This document shows, piece after piece, positions 28,733 to 38,556 of a stretch of 64,000 nucleotides of DNA. Position numbers and translations under genes: made by a program. The notes beneath the pieces are model-generated. The model was given only the letters and a program-made list of their open reading frames with translations, made no database searches and had not been told where the DNA came from. The stretch's first letter is position 1, and each line of letters opens with the position of its first letter. The stretch is from Clostridiales bacterium GWF2_38_85 (lineage in GTDB: Bacteria > Bacillota > Clostridia > Oscillospirales > CAG-382): positions 4,744-68,743 of the forward strand of contig MGOY01000006.1 of assembly GCA_001797275.1 (NCBI GenBank). The letters are read 5' to 3'.

Positions 28733-30139
28733 TTAAAATTCCGCATTCCCTGCAGTACGCGGGAACGCTTCGACATCGCGGATGTTGGATATACCGGTTA
28801 AATACATAATAAGTCTTTCAAAGCCCAAGCCAAATCCTGCATGCCTGACACCGCCGTATTTACGCAGTTCAAGATACCACCAGTAGTCTTCTTTAGCTAA
28901 ACCAAGCTCATCAAGCCGAGATTCAAGAAGCTCTAAACGTTCTTCTCTCTGTGAGCCGCCTATAAGCTCACCGACACCCGGAACAAGCATATCCATTGCT
29001 GCAACGGTTTTTCCGTCATCGTTCATGCGCATATAAAAAGCTTTGATCTCCTTCGGATAATCGGTTACAAATACAGGTTTTTCAAAGATTTTTTCTGTCA
29101 GATAACGTTCATGTTCAGTCTGGAGATCAATACCCCATGATACAGGATATTCAAATGTTGCTCCGCTGTTTTTCAGAAGCTCTACCGCTTCAGTGTAGGT
29201 TACATGAGCAAACTCTGCATTGGCAAGGTAATTCAGTCTTTCGAGTATAGTATTGTCTACAAATTTATTAAAAAATGCCATATCAGCTTTGCAGGTATCA
29301 AGCACATATGAGATAACATATTTTATCATTGCTTCGGCAAGTGCCATGTCATCTGCAAGTTCAGCAAATGCAATTTCAGGCTCAATCATCCAGAACTCAG
29401 CAGCATGTCTCGGAGTGTTGGAGTTTTCAGCTCTGAAGGTCGGTCCGAAGGTGTAAACACTGCCATACGCAAGAGCAAAGCATTCGGCTTCAAGCTGTCC
29501 CGAAACTGTCAGTCCGGCAGGCTTCGAAAAGAAATCCTTCGAAAAGTCTACTTTCCCATCCTTGTCTCTCGGAGGCTTCTCAATATCAAAGGTTGTAACC
29601 TTGAACATCTCACCCGCTCCTTCGCAGTCACTTGCGGTTATTATCGGGGTATTTACATATACAAATCCTCTTTCCTGGAAGAACTTATGGATTGCATATG
29701 CCGCAGCTGATCTGACTCTAAACACTGCATTAAAGGTATTTGAACGCGGTCTCAGATGTGCTATCGAACGTAAAAATTCCATTGAATGGCGTTTAGGCTG
29801 CAATGGATATTTGGGTGTCGAGGTTCCTTCAATAATTACTTTGCTCGCTTTTAATTCAAAAGGTTGTTTTACGTTAGGTGTAAGAGTAAGTATACCGGTT
29901 ATTCTGAGAGCTGCACCGATATTCTGACCGGTTATTTCTTTATAATTATCTAATTTATTATCTTCAAGTACAATTTGCAGGTTTGAAAAGTACGAGCCGT
30001 CATTTATTTCTGCAAATCCAAATGCATTGGATGAGCGGATTGTTCTTATCCAGCCGCAAACGGTTATCTCTTTCCCATCAAAATAGTTTGTATCACTGAA
30101 TATACGGGAAATCAGAGTTCTGCTGTTTGTATTAAGCAT
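28733..30139 (-). CDS. asnS: asparagine--tRNA ligase
   Basis: Class IIb aaRS: N-terminal OB fold ([13 protein letters not shown]...FAEINDGS); motif 3 tail ...[34 protein letters not shown] typical of AsnRS. Confidence 0.85.
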   Translation of the reverse strand: MLNTNSRTLISRIFSDTNYFDGKEITVCGWIRTIRSSNAFGFAEINDGSYFSNLQIVLEDNKLDNYKEITGQNIGAALRITGILTLTPNVKQPFELKASKVIIEGTSTPKYPLQPKRHSMEFLRSIAHLRPRSNTFNAVFRVRSAAAYAIHKFFQERGFVYVNTPIITASDCEGAGEMFKVTTFDIEKPPRDKDGKVDFSKDFFSKPAGLTVSGQLEAECFALAYGSVYTFGPTFRAENSNTPRHAAEFWMIEPEIAFAELADDMALAEAMIKYVISYVLDTCKADMAFFNKFVDNTILERLNYLANAEFAHVTYTEAVELLKNSGATFEYPVSWGIDLQTEHERYLTEKIFEKPVFVTDYPKEIKAFYMRMNDDGKTVAAMDMLVPGVGELIGGSQREERLELLESRLDELGLAKEDYWWYLELRKYGGVRHAGFGLGFERLIMYLTGISNIRDVEAFPRTAGNAEF

Positions 30140-30416
30140 TTATATGACCATGCCTTTCTTGATGAAGTGTTTAAAAGATTTAACTTTCAAACTTAACCCT
30201 CACAATCATTATATTCAATAGCAAGAATATTATAAACTTTTGTGTTGCATTTTTCAATAGCAAAATAGCACATTTTTAAGTTATTTTCAGTTTCTTATTA
30301 GTTGTTATCGTAAAAAATGAATAATAGCAAAAATTATATTGCATTTATAACGCTTTTATGCTAATATGGATGATGTAAAAAATATATTATAGCAGCAAAT
30401 TGAAAGGTCTTGTGCA

Positions 30417-30974
30417 ATGCAATTTAATAAGAATAAAAATTATATGGACGGAAAAAAAGGTTTTATTTTCGATCTTGACGGGACATTGGTAGATTCAATG
30501 CATTGTTGGCGCAGCTTTGACTGGAACATACAAACTGTTGAAGATGCATACAAGATTATGATCCCATTATATCAATCGGAAATTATGGACAAGGTTGATT
30601 CGGTCGAAAGTCTTGAGAAGTTTAATCAGATGGGAATAAAATGCTGTGTTGCGACCGCAACCCGTACAACAATTTGCAAGCCTTGTATTGAAAGAGTCGG
30701 TATCATGCCGCTTATAGAATTTATACTCTGCAGCGAGGATGTCAAATGTAATAAAACCCGTCCCGACATATATTTTGAAGCCGCTAAACGCATGGGGCTT
30801 GAGCCTTCTGAAACAATTGTATTCGAGGACCAACTTTACACTACAGAAACCGCAAAAAATGCCGGGTTCACTGTGGTTGCGATACATGATAAACAAAGCG
30901 AAATAAACGCTGATGCAATAAAAGCAATTGCAGATGATTATATTTATACATATTCGGAGCTTTTCGAAGCATGA
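30417..30974 (+). CDS. HAD-superfamily hydrolase
   Basis: FIFDLDGTLVDS (motif I); downstream VFEDQ...GF (motif IV-like). Confidence 0.6.
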   Translation: MQFNKNKNYMDGKKGFIFDLDGTLVDSMHCWRSFDWNIQTVEDAYKIMIPLYQSEIMDKVDSVESLEKFNQMGIKCCVATATRTTICKPCIERVGIMPLIEFILCSEDVKCNKTRPDIYFEAAKRMGLEPSETIVFEDQLYTTETAKNAGFTVVAIHDKQSEINADAIKAIADDYIYTYSELFEA

Positions 30975-31153
30975 AATATACACATATTATCTGGGATTTC
31001 AACGGAACAATATTGAATGATGTCGATGCCGGTATAAAAAGCATAAATACCCTTCTTGCACGCAGACAGTTACCGCTTCTGGAATCGGTCGATGCTTATA
31101 AAAACATCTTTACCTTCCCCATTTTGGATGATATATCGGATTTGTATTTCTAA
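30971..31153 (+). pseudogene. truncated N-terminal fragment of a second HAD hydrolase gene
   Basis: 60-aa ORF HIIWDFNGTILNDVD... carries a HAD motif I variant, then stops; no remainder downstream. Confidence 0.45.
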
Positions 31154-31198
31154 TGTTAAATTGCCTCACGGTTTTTCGTGAAGCTTTTTCGTATAAAA

Positions 31199-31248
31199 AA
31201 GGAGCACCCCGGACGAAACTGATTATCAGTACCCGTTCGGGGTGCTCG
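31199..31248 (-). terminator. rho-independent terminator of the flotillin gene (hairpin with an A-run on the plus strand)
   Basis: tataaaaaaGGAGCACCCCGgacgaaactgattatcagtacccgttCGGGGTGCTCgg. Confidence 0.55.
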
Positions 31249-31295
31249 GAATATGGAAATGGACATACGTTATAGAGATAAGCTAATTAAAATGT

Positions 31296-32705
31296 TTACT
31301 GAGCGTTATTAGCATCAGTTTGAACTTCTGCGGATTCACTCGGTACATCACTTATTTTTTTACCGAGGATATCAGGAAGCTGCATTCCTGCAAGTGAGAA
31401 TACTTCGCCGAGCGGAGGGACAGACTTCATAAGGTTAGATATGAAATTAGCTGTTGAGCTTGTTCCATCTTTACCCGAATTGCCGCCATCCCAAACAGTG
31501 ATCTTATCGATCTTAATATTCTTGATAGCGTCAACCTGTACACGCATAAGTTCTTCAAGTTTATCACCGATCATAAGCATAATAGCATCCTTGGGGTCTC
31601 CACCGGCAGACTTAACCATTTCAGAAAAACCGGCAGCTTGTTTCTTAAGTATTTCCTGCATACCTCTTGCTTCTGCTTCCATCTTAGCAAAGATAGCATC
31701 AGCATCGCCTCTTGCTTTACGGCGAACCTGCTCAGCTTCCGCTTCTGCTTGTAATTCCATCTGGCGTTTTTTAATTTCTGCCTGAACGATGACATCAGCT
31801 TCAAGGGTAGCTTTTTCTCTTGCAAAACGCGCCTGCTCTGCTGTTTGTTCTGCAGCGTATGATTCTTCGAGTGCTTTCGCAGACTGAATTTTTTCTGCTG
31901 TTATTGCAATTTTCAAAGCTTCAGCTTCTTTTTCACGAAGCATAGCGTTTGACAACGCGATATTTCTTTTTGCTTCATTTTCTCCCTGTATTGCTGTAGA
32001 GTTGGCTTTCGCAACCTGGATACGTTGATCCATATAAGCATTAGCCTGACCGATTGAACCATCGCGTTCTTTCTCAGCAACGCTTTTTTTTGCATCGTTG
32101 ATAGCCTTTGCTGCTGCTTCTTTACCAAGTGCTTCAATATAACCCGATTCATCACTGATATCAGTTACATTTACATTGATAAGTCTTAAGCCGATTTTTT
32201 TAAGTTCGGTTTCAACATTACGACTTACCGATTCAAGGAATTTGTCACGGTCTGTGTTAATCTCTTCGATATCCATCGTAGCGATGATAAGACGAAGCTG
32301 ACCGAAGATAATATCCTTTGCAAGCTCCTGAACCTCGCTAAGCTTCAAGCCGAGAAGTCTTTCAGCTGCGTTTTGCATTATGCCGGGTTCGGTTGAAATA
32401 CCAACTGTAAAGCGGGAAGGTACATCAATTCTGATGTTCTGTCTTGAAAGTGCACTTTTCAAATCAACCGATATCGACAAGGGTGTCAAATCCATAAATT
32501 CATATCCCTGAAATACCGGCCAGATAAATGTTGCACCGCCGTGAATACAACGAGCGCTTTTCGCAGTACCGTCTTTGTTGTGACTTACTCTACCATAGAT
32601 AACCATGATCTTGTCTGAAGGGCATTTCTTGTATCTGCCCAGAATGGTTAGAAGAAGCATAAATGCTACAAGGGCAAGGACTACAATTAAAATTAAATCT
32701 TCCAT
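31296..32705 (-). CDS. flotillin / SPFH (band 7) family protein
   Basis: N-terminal TM, SPFH domain, then a long Ala/Glu-rich coiled-coil (AEQARFAREKATLEADVIVQAEIKKRQMELQAEAEAEQ), typical of FloT/YuaG-type flotillins. Confidence 0.85.
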   Translation of the reverse strand: MEDLILIVVLALVAFMLLLTILGRYKKCPSDKIMVIYGRVSHNKDGTAKSARCIHGGATFIWPVFQGYEFMDLTPLSISVDLKSALSRQNIRIDVPSRFTVGISTEPGIMQNAAERLLGLKLSEVQELAKDIIFGQLRLIIATMDIEEINTDRDKFLESVSRNVETELKKIGLRLINVNVTDISDESGYIEALGKEAAAKAINDAKKSVAEKERDGSIGQANAYMDQRIQVAKANSTAIQGENEAKRNIALSNAMLREKEAEALKIAITAEKIQSAKALEESYAAEQTAEQARFAREKATLEADVIVQAEIKKRQMELQAEAEAEQVRRKARGDADAIFAKMEAEARGMQEILKKQAAGFSEMVKSAGGDPKDAIMLMIGDKLEELMRVQVDAIKNIKIDKITVWDGGNSGKDGTSSTANFISNLMKSVPPLGEVFSLAGMQLPDILGKKISDVPSESAEVQTDANNAQ

Positions 32706-32878
32706 AATATCCTCCTATTTTTTATATTAAGCTTTTGCTTAATTACTCATTTAAAATGTTTAAAATAATAATCTTAAACCCGCATTATTTAATCCTGCTT
32801 CAATTCCTGATTTTGTACTGTCGATAAATTCACTTGCATTATAATCAGGCTAGTAAAAATCTGTCTTGGTAAAAATCA

Positions 32879-33221
32879 AACGAAGCTCTTCGATTATAAT
32901 ATTTTTTGCAATTTCGTGAATCTCATCCACTTTTAAACCAAGCAATCTTTCAGCTGCATTTTGCATAACACCCGGTTCAGTTGAAATACCAGCAGAATAG
33001 ACTTCCGGTAATCCTAAATCCAAATCATTAATTAAGAATTTTTTTCATAATCAATCGATATTTGTATAGGTGAAAGATCAAGAAATTCATATGCCTGCAC
33101 AAATGGAATTATAAATGCTGCGCCGCCATGAATACAAACTGTATTTTTCTTTGTGCCATCCTTACTTTGACCTACCATGCCATATATAACCATGACTTTG
33201 TCTGAAGGGCATTTTTTATAC
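32879..33221 (-). pseudogene. degenerate remnant of a second flotillin gene (5' region), truncated at the left end of repeat element copy A
   Basis: About 75% nt identity to 32270-32650 of the intact flotillin gene (...cagctgcattttgcataacacccggttcagttgaaatacc...); translation has stops and lacks the first ~25 codons. Confidence 0.75.
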
Positions 33222-33328
33222 CTATATTAAACTAATAAATGAATTACCTTAGCGATTTTGAAAAAGCCTTTTCTGTACGGCTTTTTCAAAATCAATAATA
33301 TCCTGATTCATTTGTTAGTTTAATATAG
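33222..33328 (+). mobile_element. MITE-like nested inverted-repeat element, copy A
   Basis: CTATATTAAACTAATAAATGAAT...AAAAAGCCttttctgtacGGCTTTTT...ATTCATTTGTTAGTTTAATATAG; terminal ~23-bp inverted repeats plus a central hairpin. Confidence 0.7.
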
Positions 33329-33398
33329 ACATAATCAATGCGAACATTCCACATATGACTACAAAGATAATTATGACAAATATTATATCTTCCATCTT

Positions 33399-34055
33399 TT
33401 ATCCTTCATTTCTTTTCTTTGCAAGCTCTTCATATAGGCTGGCCTTTTCATTGATCCTTTTCTTAGCACCAATAGCGGAACCTTTTTTTCTTGCAAAGTA
33501 CATTACTGTGTTCCAAATAAACATAATAAGCATCATGCACAACGGTATCAACCAAAAAGCGAAGGCTTTGATATATGAACCATAAATACTGTCTTCAATG
33601 AATACTTCCTCCAACGGAGTCTTGACATCAACAAACCCAAAGATATATGAAACTATATACGCAAGCGGATTAACAATATATGGCATCGCTCCCCTGTTCA
33701 AGAATGACATAAACCAGATTATCAGTATAGCGGCACTTACAATTATCTGCTCGGTAATCAGTGCGGATTTCTTAACTTCCGCCCTGAACATATATGCTCT
33801 TTTCTCTTCGATTAACCTGGAAGCAAAGAATAATATCACCCCTGTAACCAGAAGTTGAATGACAAGGTAAATCGGATAGTATTCCGTATAATACTGTATA
33901 TAGCCATTTTTCAACTCTAAAATACTATGCGGAATCAAGGCTCCTATGACCATTGAAATCAAATTACCTACCGTATCAACAAGATATAGTATAATTAAAT
34001 ATGCAGCAACAAACTTGAAGTCGACACCTAATCGCTTTGTGTTTTCGGAATCCAT
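33399..34055 (-). CDS. polytopic membrane protein, unknown function, carried between repeat copies A and B
   Basis: Probable start MDSENTKRLG (RBS-like aaaggat upstream); the longer track ORF begins inside the repeat's inverted repeat. Confidence 0.45.
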   Translation of the reverse strand: MDSENTKRLGVDFKFVAAYLIILYLVDTVGNLISMVIGALIPHSILELKNGYIQYYTEYYPIYLVIQLLVTGVILFFASRLIEEKRAYMFRAEVKKSALITEQIIVSAAILIIWFMSFLNRGAMPYIVNPLAYIVSYIFGFVDVKTPLEEVFIEDSIYGSYIKAFAFWLIPLCMMLIMFIWNTVMYFARKKGSAIGAKKRINEKASLYEELAKKRNEG

Positions 34056-34074
34056 ATAAAATCCTTTCTTTAAT

Positions 34075-34182
34075 CTATATGAAACTATCAAATGTATTAC
34101 CTTGGCAATTTTAAAAAAGCCTACACTGCATGGCTTTTTTAAAATTAATAATATCTCAATTCATTTGTTAGTTTAATATATA
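34075..34182 (+). mobile_element. MITE-like nested inverted-repeat element, copy B
   Basis: CTATATGAAACTATCAAATGTAT...AAAAAAGCCtacactgcatGGCTTTTTT...ATTCATTTGTTAGTTTAATATAT; same architecture as A, with loop changes that preserve the stem. Confidence 0.7.
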
Positions 34183-34194
34183 TTCAGCAAAATA

Positions 34195-34839
34195 TTATTT
34201 TCTCTTAACAACAAGCGTATTGTTGCCAGAAAGACCGATAACAACCACCTCTTCGCCATATTTGATCGGTGTTTCTTCGTCTGTTACAGCATCGATTTCC
34301 ATATAAGCACCCTGAAGTAAAGTGTTGATTTTACCTTTATCACTTCTTGCCGGAGGAATTGTGATATATACGGTTGCCGACAGACCGAGTGCGTTCTTGT
34401 AATCAACACTGCCGTCGCTTTGTAGCTTCATCATCCATTTGAAGATGAATGCTATAACAAATAATGCAATGGCACCTGCAACAATCGCACCAAATACTGA
34501 AAGAGCTACACCACCATTGTTTCTGGATATCATAATTCCGGTCCAGCCGAAAATCGAGAAGAATGCAATAATTCCTCTGAGTGTGAACAAATGAAGCCCG
34601 GGGTCTGATGCTGCATCAAAGTGACCATCATGAACGCCACTGCCATCTTGTGAACCATCAAATCCGTCATGACCGGATGCATCGAAATCTGAACCATCTT
34701 GTCCGACATCAGCATCACTGTGACCGCTTATTCCGATAGCAGTAAGTATAACCTGAACCAACAACAATACTGTTGAAGGGACTGCAATGTATGCGAAGAT
34801 ACGTTCAAGCTGTGTGAGGGATTCCCACCATTCAAACAT
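34195..34839 (-). CDS. NfeD-family membrane protein (flotillin partner)
   Basis: N-terminal TM, His/Asp-rich segment, TM helices, and a C-terminal OB-fold-like beta-rich tail; sits upstream of the flotillin gene as in nfeD-floT operons. Confidence 0.55.
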   Translation of the reverse strand: MFEWWESLTQLERIFAYIAVPSTVLLLVQVILTAIGISGHSDADVGQDGSDFDASGHDGFDGSQDGSGVHDGHFDAASDPGLHLFTLRGIIAFFSIFGWTGIMISRNNGGVALSVFGAIVAGAIALFVIAFIFKWMMKLQSDGSVDYKNALGLSATVYITIPPARSDKGKINTLLQGAYMEIDAVTDEETPIKYGEEVVVIGLSGNNTLVVKRK

Positions 34840-34858
34840 AATAAACTCTCCTTTTTAA

Positions 34859-35437
34859 CTAAATTTTTAAATCAAGCTCGCCAATCAGCAGTTCGGTCTT
34901 TTTGCTGAGCAAGGCAGAAAGGTGAGCGTTGACCATGATAACCAGAACTTTCTGAAGCCGTTTTTTTGCTCCCGTGAAAGGTTCCTTGTAGTCATGCAGC
35001 ATATTTATAACCGATTCGCAAAGCTTATTGTTATCGATATAACTCACTTCATGACCGCGTTTGTTAAGCTGGACAATCAGGTTAACATAATAATTATATA
35101 ACTGATTATCATCGATTGCATCGTCACTTTCATCTGAGAGTACTCCGTTAATATAAGAAAGCATACCAGTTATTTTGTCCAGTCTGAGTGTGTCCTTTAA
35201 CATATTTATGATGACTATCCTGCAAAACTGCCTTTTTGAATATCTTTTATTTACCGGTGATGATAGAAAACCTCTTTTAACCCAGTTTTGGATTACATAC
35301 GATTCCAGATTTGTGAGTTGCGAAACTTGCGAGAGTACCAGTCCGCCGGCAGCAAAAATATTATCGAATATCTGCTTTGATATATCCTGCTTGTCGAGGC
35401 CGGTCTGTATCGTTGTTCCGGGTAATACAGCTATCAA
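34859..35437 (-). CDS. MerR-like HTH protein (DUF1836-like)
   Basis: GLVLSQVSQLTNLESYVIQNWVKRGFL reads as a MerR-type HTH; the rest is uncharacterised. Confidence 0.4.
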   Translation of the reverse strand: MIAVLPGTTIQTGLDKQDISKQIFDNIFAAGGLVLSQVSQLTNLESYVIQNWVKRGFLSSPVNKRYSKRQFCRIVIINMLKDTLRLDKITGMLSYINGVLSDESDDAIDDNQLYNYYVNLIVQLNKRGHEVSYIDNNKLCESVINMLHDYKEPFTGAKKRLQKVLVIMVNAHLSALLSKKTELLIGELDLKI

Positions 35438-35587
35438 ATCTCATCTCCTCCTTTCGAGGTTGTCTAATTATATCACATGGTCAAGTGATTGTCAATAGGG
35501 TTTTTAAGATTTTTATTGTCTATTTTTCAATATTTTTAAATAAAACGATAATATCAACCCTTTCGGGCTGATATTTCAGAGCTTGAT

Positions 35588-37216
35588 TCAATTTTTAAAG
35601 TCCCATCTGTTTGCAAGCTTCTCAATTTGAGATGCAAATTTTGATATTTCTTTGTTTGCAGCTTGTTTGTGTTTCTCGACAACAGAAATTAAATGCTTCA
35701 TCGCAGCTTCAAGTGTAGCATATGCAGAAGATATATATCTTCTCTGCTCTCCATCGGGCTTCTTGCGCGGCAGCTCACCCGAATCAAGTACTTTATTATT
35801 AACAAGATCAATTATTGTTTTAGGGTTTGGTATATAAGTTTCAAAAGAATTCGAATCAAGCAGTTCTTTGAAAGAAATTGTTGCTTCTTCTTCGCCGTGA
35901 ACAAGGAAAACATTTTCGGGATTCTCTTCAAATGCTGATATCCACTTATAAAGTCCGTTTCTATCTGCATGTGCACTGAGTCCGCTGAAATTATAAATCT
36001 CAGCTTTTACGGCAATTTCCTCGCCAAACAGCTTAACCTTCTTTACACCGTTAAGAATTATTCTGCCAAGAGTACCATTCGCCTGATATCCGACAAAAAC
36101 AATTGAACATTCACCACGCCACAAATTATGCTTCAGATGATGACGGATACGACCTGCTTCACACATACCGCTTGATGATATAATAACCTTTGGTTCAAGA
36201 TCAGAGTTGATCAACTTTGATTCATCCGAGGTTTCAGTCATATGCAGATTGTTGAACCGGAGCGGATTTTGACCTTTTGCTATAATTGCATCGGTCAGTT
36301 TGTCAGCATAACCGGTAAGATCGCCGCTGTATATATTTGTCGCTGCAATTGAGAGCGGGCTGTCAACATATACAGGGAAATCGGGTATGCTTTTAACCAG
36401 CTTACGTTCCTTCATTTCACGAATGAAATAAAGAAGCTCCTGGGTTCTTCCGACTGAGAACGACGGAATTACAATATTGCCGCCTTTTATAAAGGTGGAT
36501 TCAAATATTTGCGCAAGTTCTGCAGCGTAATCCCCGATTTCATCATGGTTGCGGTTGCCGTATGTTGATTCCATTACAACATAGTCAGCTTTTTTCAAAT
36601 AAATAGGATCTCTGATTATTGGTTGATCCAGGTTTCCTATATCACCGGAGAATGCGATAATTTTCTGTACGCCGTTTTCATCAAGATACAATGTGATCGA
36701 AGCCGAACCAAGAAGATGCCCACCGTCAATGAACTCTGCACTGACGCCCTCACAGATTTTTATTCTCTCATTATATTTATGTGGTTCAAGCTGGAGAAGA
36801 GTTTTTTCGGTATCCTCCATCGTATAAAGAGGCTCGATAAATTCGTGCCCCGCACGTTTGCCCTTCTGATTTTCCCATTTTGCATCCATCTCCTGAATTT
36901 TTGCTGAATCACGCAGCATTATCTCAAGGAGCGAACAGGTTGCGCCGGTTGCTATTATCTGCCCTGTGTAGCCGTATTTAACAATCAGCGGAAGCCTGCC
37001 GCTGTGATCTATATGAGCATGTGTAACTAAAACATAGTCGATTTCCGATTGTACAAAATCCATTGTCTTGTTGTCGCAGTCACTGCAGCCCTGCTTCATT
37101 CCGCAGTCAATCATTATCTTTTTTTCGTTCACTGTCAGCATAAAACAGCTGCCGGTTACATTCTTTGCTGCTCCGTAAAATGTAAGATTCATAAATATTT
37201 TCATCCTTTCATTCAA
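35588..37216 (-). CDS. MBL-fold beta-CASP family ribonuclease (RNA-metabolising metallo-beta-lactamase)
   Basis: LVTHAHIDHSGRLP (HxHxDH), later GDIGN, SGMCEAGRIRHHL, SGLSAHAD and VHGEEEA motifs typical of beta-CASP nucleases. Confidence 0.7.
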   Translation of the reverse strand: MNERMKIFMNLTFYGAAKNVTGSCFMLTVNEKKIMIDCGMKQGCSDCDNKTMDFVQSEIDYVLVTHAHIDHSGRLPLIVKYGYTGQIIATGATCSLLEIMLRDSAKIQEMDAKWENQKGKRAGHEFIEPLYTMEDTEKTLLQLEPHKYNERIKICEGVSAEFIDGGHLLGSASITLYLDENGVQKIIAFSGDIGNLDQPIIRDPIYLKKADYVVMESTYGNRNHDEIGDYAAELAQIFESTFIKGGNIVIPSFSVGRTQELLYFIREMKERKLVKSIPDFPVYVDSPLSIAATNIYSGDLTGYADKLTDAIIAKGQNPLRFNNLHMTETSDESKLINSDLEPKVIISSSGMCEAGRIRHHLKHNLWRGECSIVFVGYQANGTLGRIILNGVKKVKLFGEEIAVKAEIYNFSGLSAHADRNGLYKWISAFEENPENVFLVHGEEEATISFKELLDSNSFETYIPNPKTIIDLVNNKVLDSGELPRKKPDGEQRRYISSAYATLEAAMKHLISVVEKHKQAANKEISKFASQIEKLANRWDFKN

Positions 37217-37392
37217 GTAATCCTAAAATCCTCTGTCTTTTAATTTGTTGATTATATTAACATAAAAATTACGAACATCAAAAGTAGCAATATTTTCACG
37301 GTTTGCATCAATCATATCTGCTCGAGCATGTATTTAGTTTGTATACTGTAGTGTAAGTGTATCGGTAGTTTATTTATTATGATTTTCTTTTT

Positions 37393-38247
37393 TCATATTA
37401 ATCCTGTGTTGTGTTCCTTCATACATTTTATTATCCCGTCAAGTGTTGATGAAAAGCTGATACCAGCAGCATTAAGCTTTGTCTGGTCGAGTGACAGATT
37501 GCTGAAGTAGTCGGTACGATTTATTAATTTATTGGTAAGCTCAGCTTTCCCAAGATATTCGAAGATTTTCGTTGCAAGCATATAAGGTGGATAATCGTGC
37601 GGACTGCCGAAGTTGTAGACCCCGCCCGGAGCAGTAAACAACTTTTCGATATTTTCGACAACCTCTCTGACATAGGTTATCCCTCTGTATTCGTTGTTCG
37701 AAAGCGTCAGCTGTCTGCCGTTATTTACCGAATCAAGGAGCATGGTTGCAAAATTTGTTTTTGTAACAAGCTTATCAATCGGAAGATCAAACATCCAAGT
37801 CAGCCTGAGTGAGATTGCATCAGGCAATATCTCGTTTAGCATCTTTTCTGCAGATAGCTTGTCTTGTCCATATTTATTTTTTGGGTTAACAATATCATTT
37901 TCTTTATTCTTTTTGACATGAACGACCGCGGAATAAACCTGATCCGAACTCATCGAAATTAACCTGCTGCCTGTCGTTTTACAAGCCTTTGCAAGGTTGA
38001 CAGGGCCATTAACATTTACCCTGAAGGATTCGTCCGGATGAGCTTCGCAATAGCCTGTATCTGCAATTGCAGCAGTATGTATAATATAATCAGGGTTGTT
38101 TTCCGACACAAAGTGCATACAATCTACTTCGTCTGTTATATCAAGCTCGCTGTGTGAAGGTGCGATAATATTGTAGCTGCTGTCGTAATATTCATATATT
38201 CTTGCGCCGAGAAATCCGCTTTTCCCGGTCAGAAGTATTGTTTTCAT
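37393..38247 (-). CDS. NAD-dependent epimerase/dehydratase-family reductase (dTDP-4-dehydrorhamnose reductase-like)
   Basis: MKTILLTGKSGFLGARI Rossmann N-terminus; about 284 aa, RmlD-like size. Confidence 0.55.
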   Translation of the reverse strand: MKTILLTGKSGFLGARIYEYYDSSYNIIAPSHSELDITDEVDCMHFVSENNPDYIIHTAAIADTGYCEAHPDESFRVNVNGPVNLAKACKTTGSRLISMSSDQVYSAVVHVKKNKENDIVNPKNKYGQDKLSAEKMLNEILPDAISLRLTWMFDLPIDKLVTKTNFATMLLDSVNNGRQLTLSNNEYRGITYVREVVENIEKLFTAPGGVYNFGSPHDYPPYMLATKIFEYLGKAELTNKLINRTDYFSNLSLDQTKLNAAGISFSSTLDGIIKCMKEHNTGLI

Positions 38248-38556
38248 AATATCAATCCCCTGACTTCCATCATTGGTTTTATTATACTTTATCTGAAATC
38301 AATAGTCAAGGATATTCAAACTCAAATCGGATTTTATTGGGAAAATCAACTGTTTAAGATTGACAAAGGAATTTTTTATGGTATGATAAAAATGTATATT
38401 AAAACACAGTTATTTGAAAATAGCAAAATAACGAATGATAATATCAAAATTATTGAGATGTAAAATATATTTCTTACTAACCAAACTGTTTTTCTACCGA
38501 CTATATATTTGTACAAACGAAAGCATTCATGAATGAGATTGAAAGAGCGGAATTAA

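Noticed and set aside
30140-30416. Possible T-box riboswitch leader upstream of asnS (minus strand)
   Set aside because: T-box leaders are common for aaRS genes in Firmicutes. I could not find the conserved T-box sequence (AATTAGGGTGGNACCGCG) or an antiterminator/terminator pair in either orientation. Not called.
33355-33585. 76-aa plus-strand ORF overlapping the cassette membrane protein gene
   Set aside because: Antisense to a longer, hydrophobic-periodic ORF. Typical shadow ORF.
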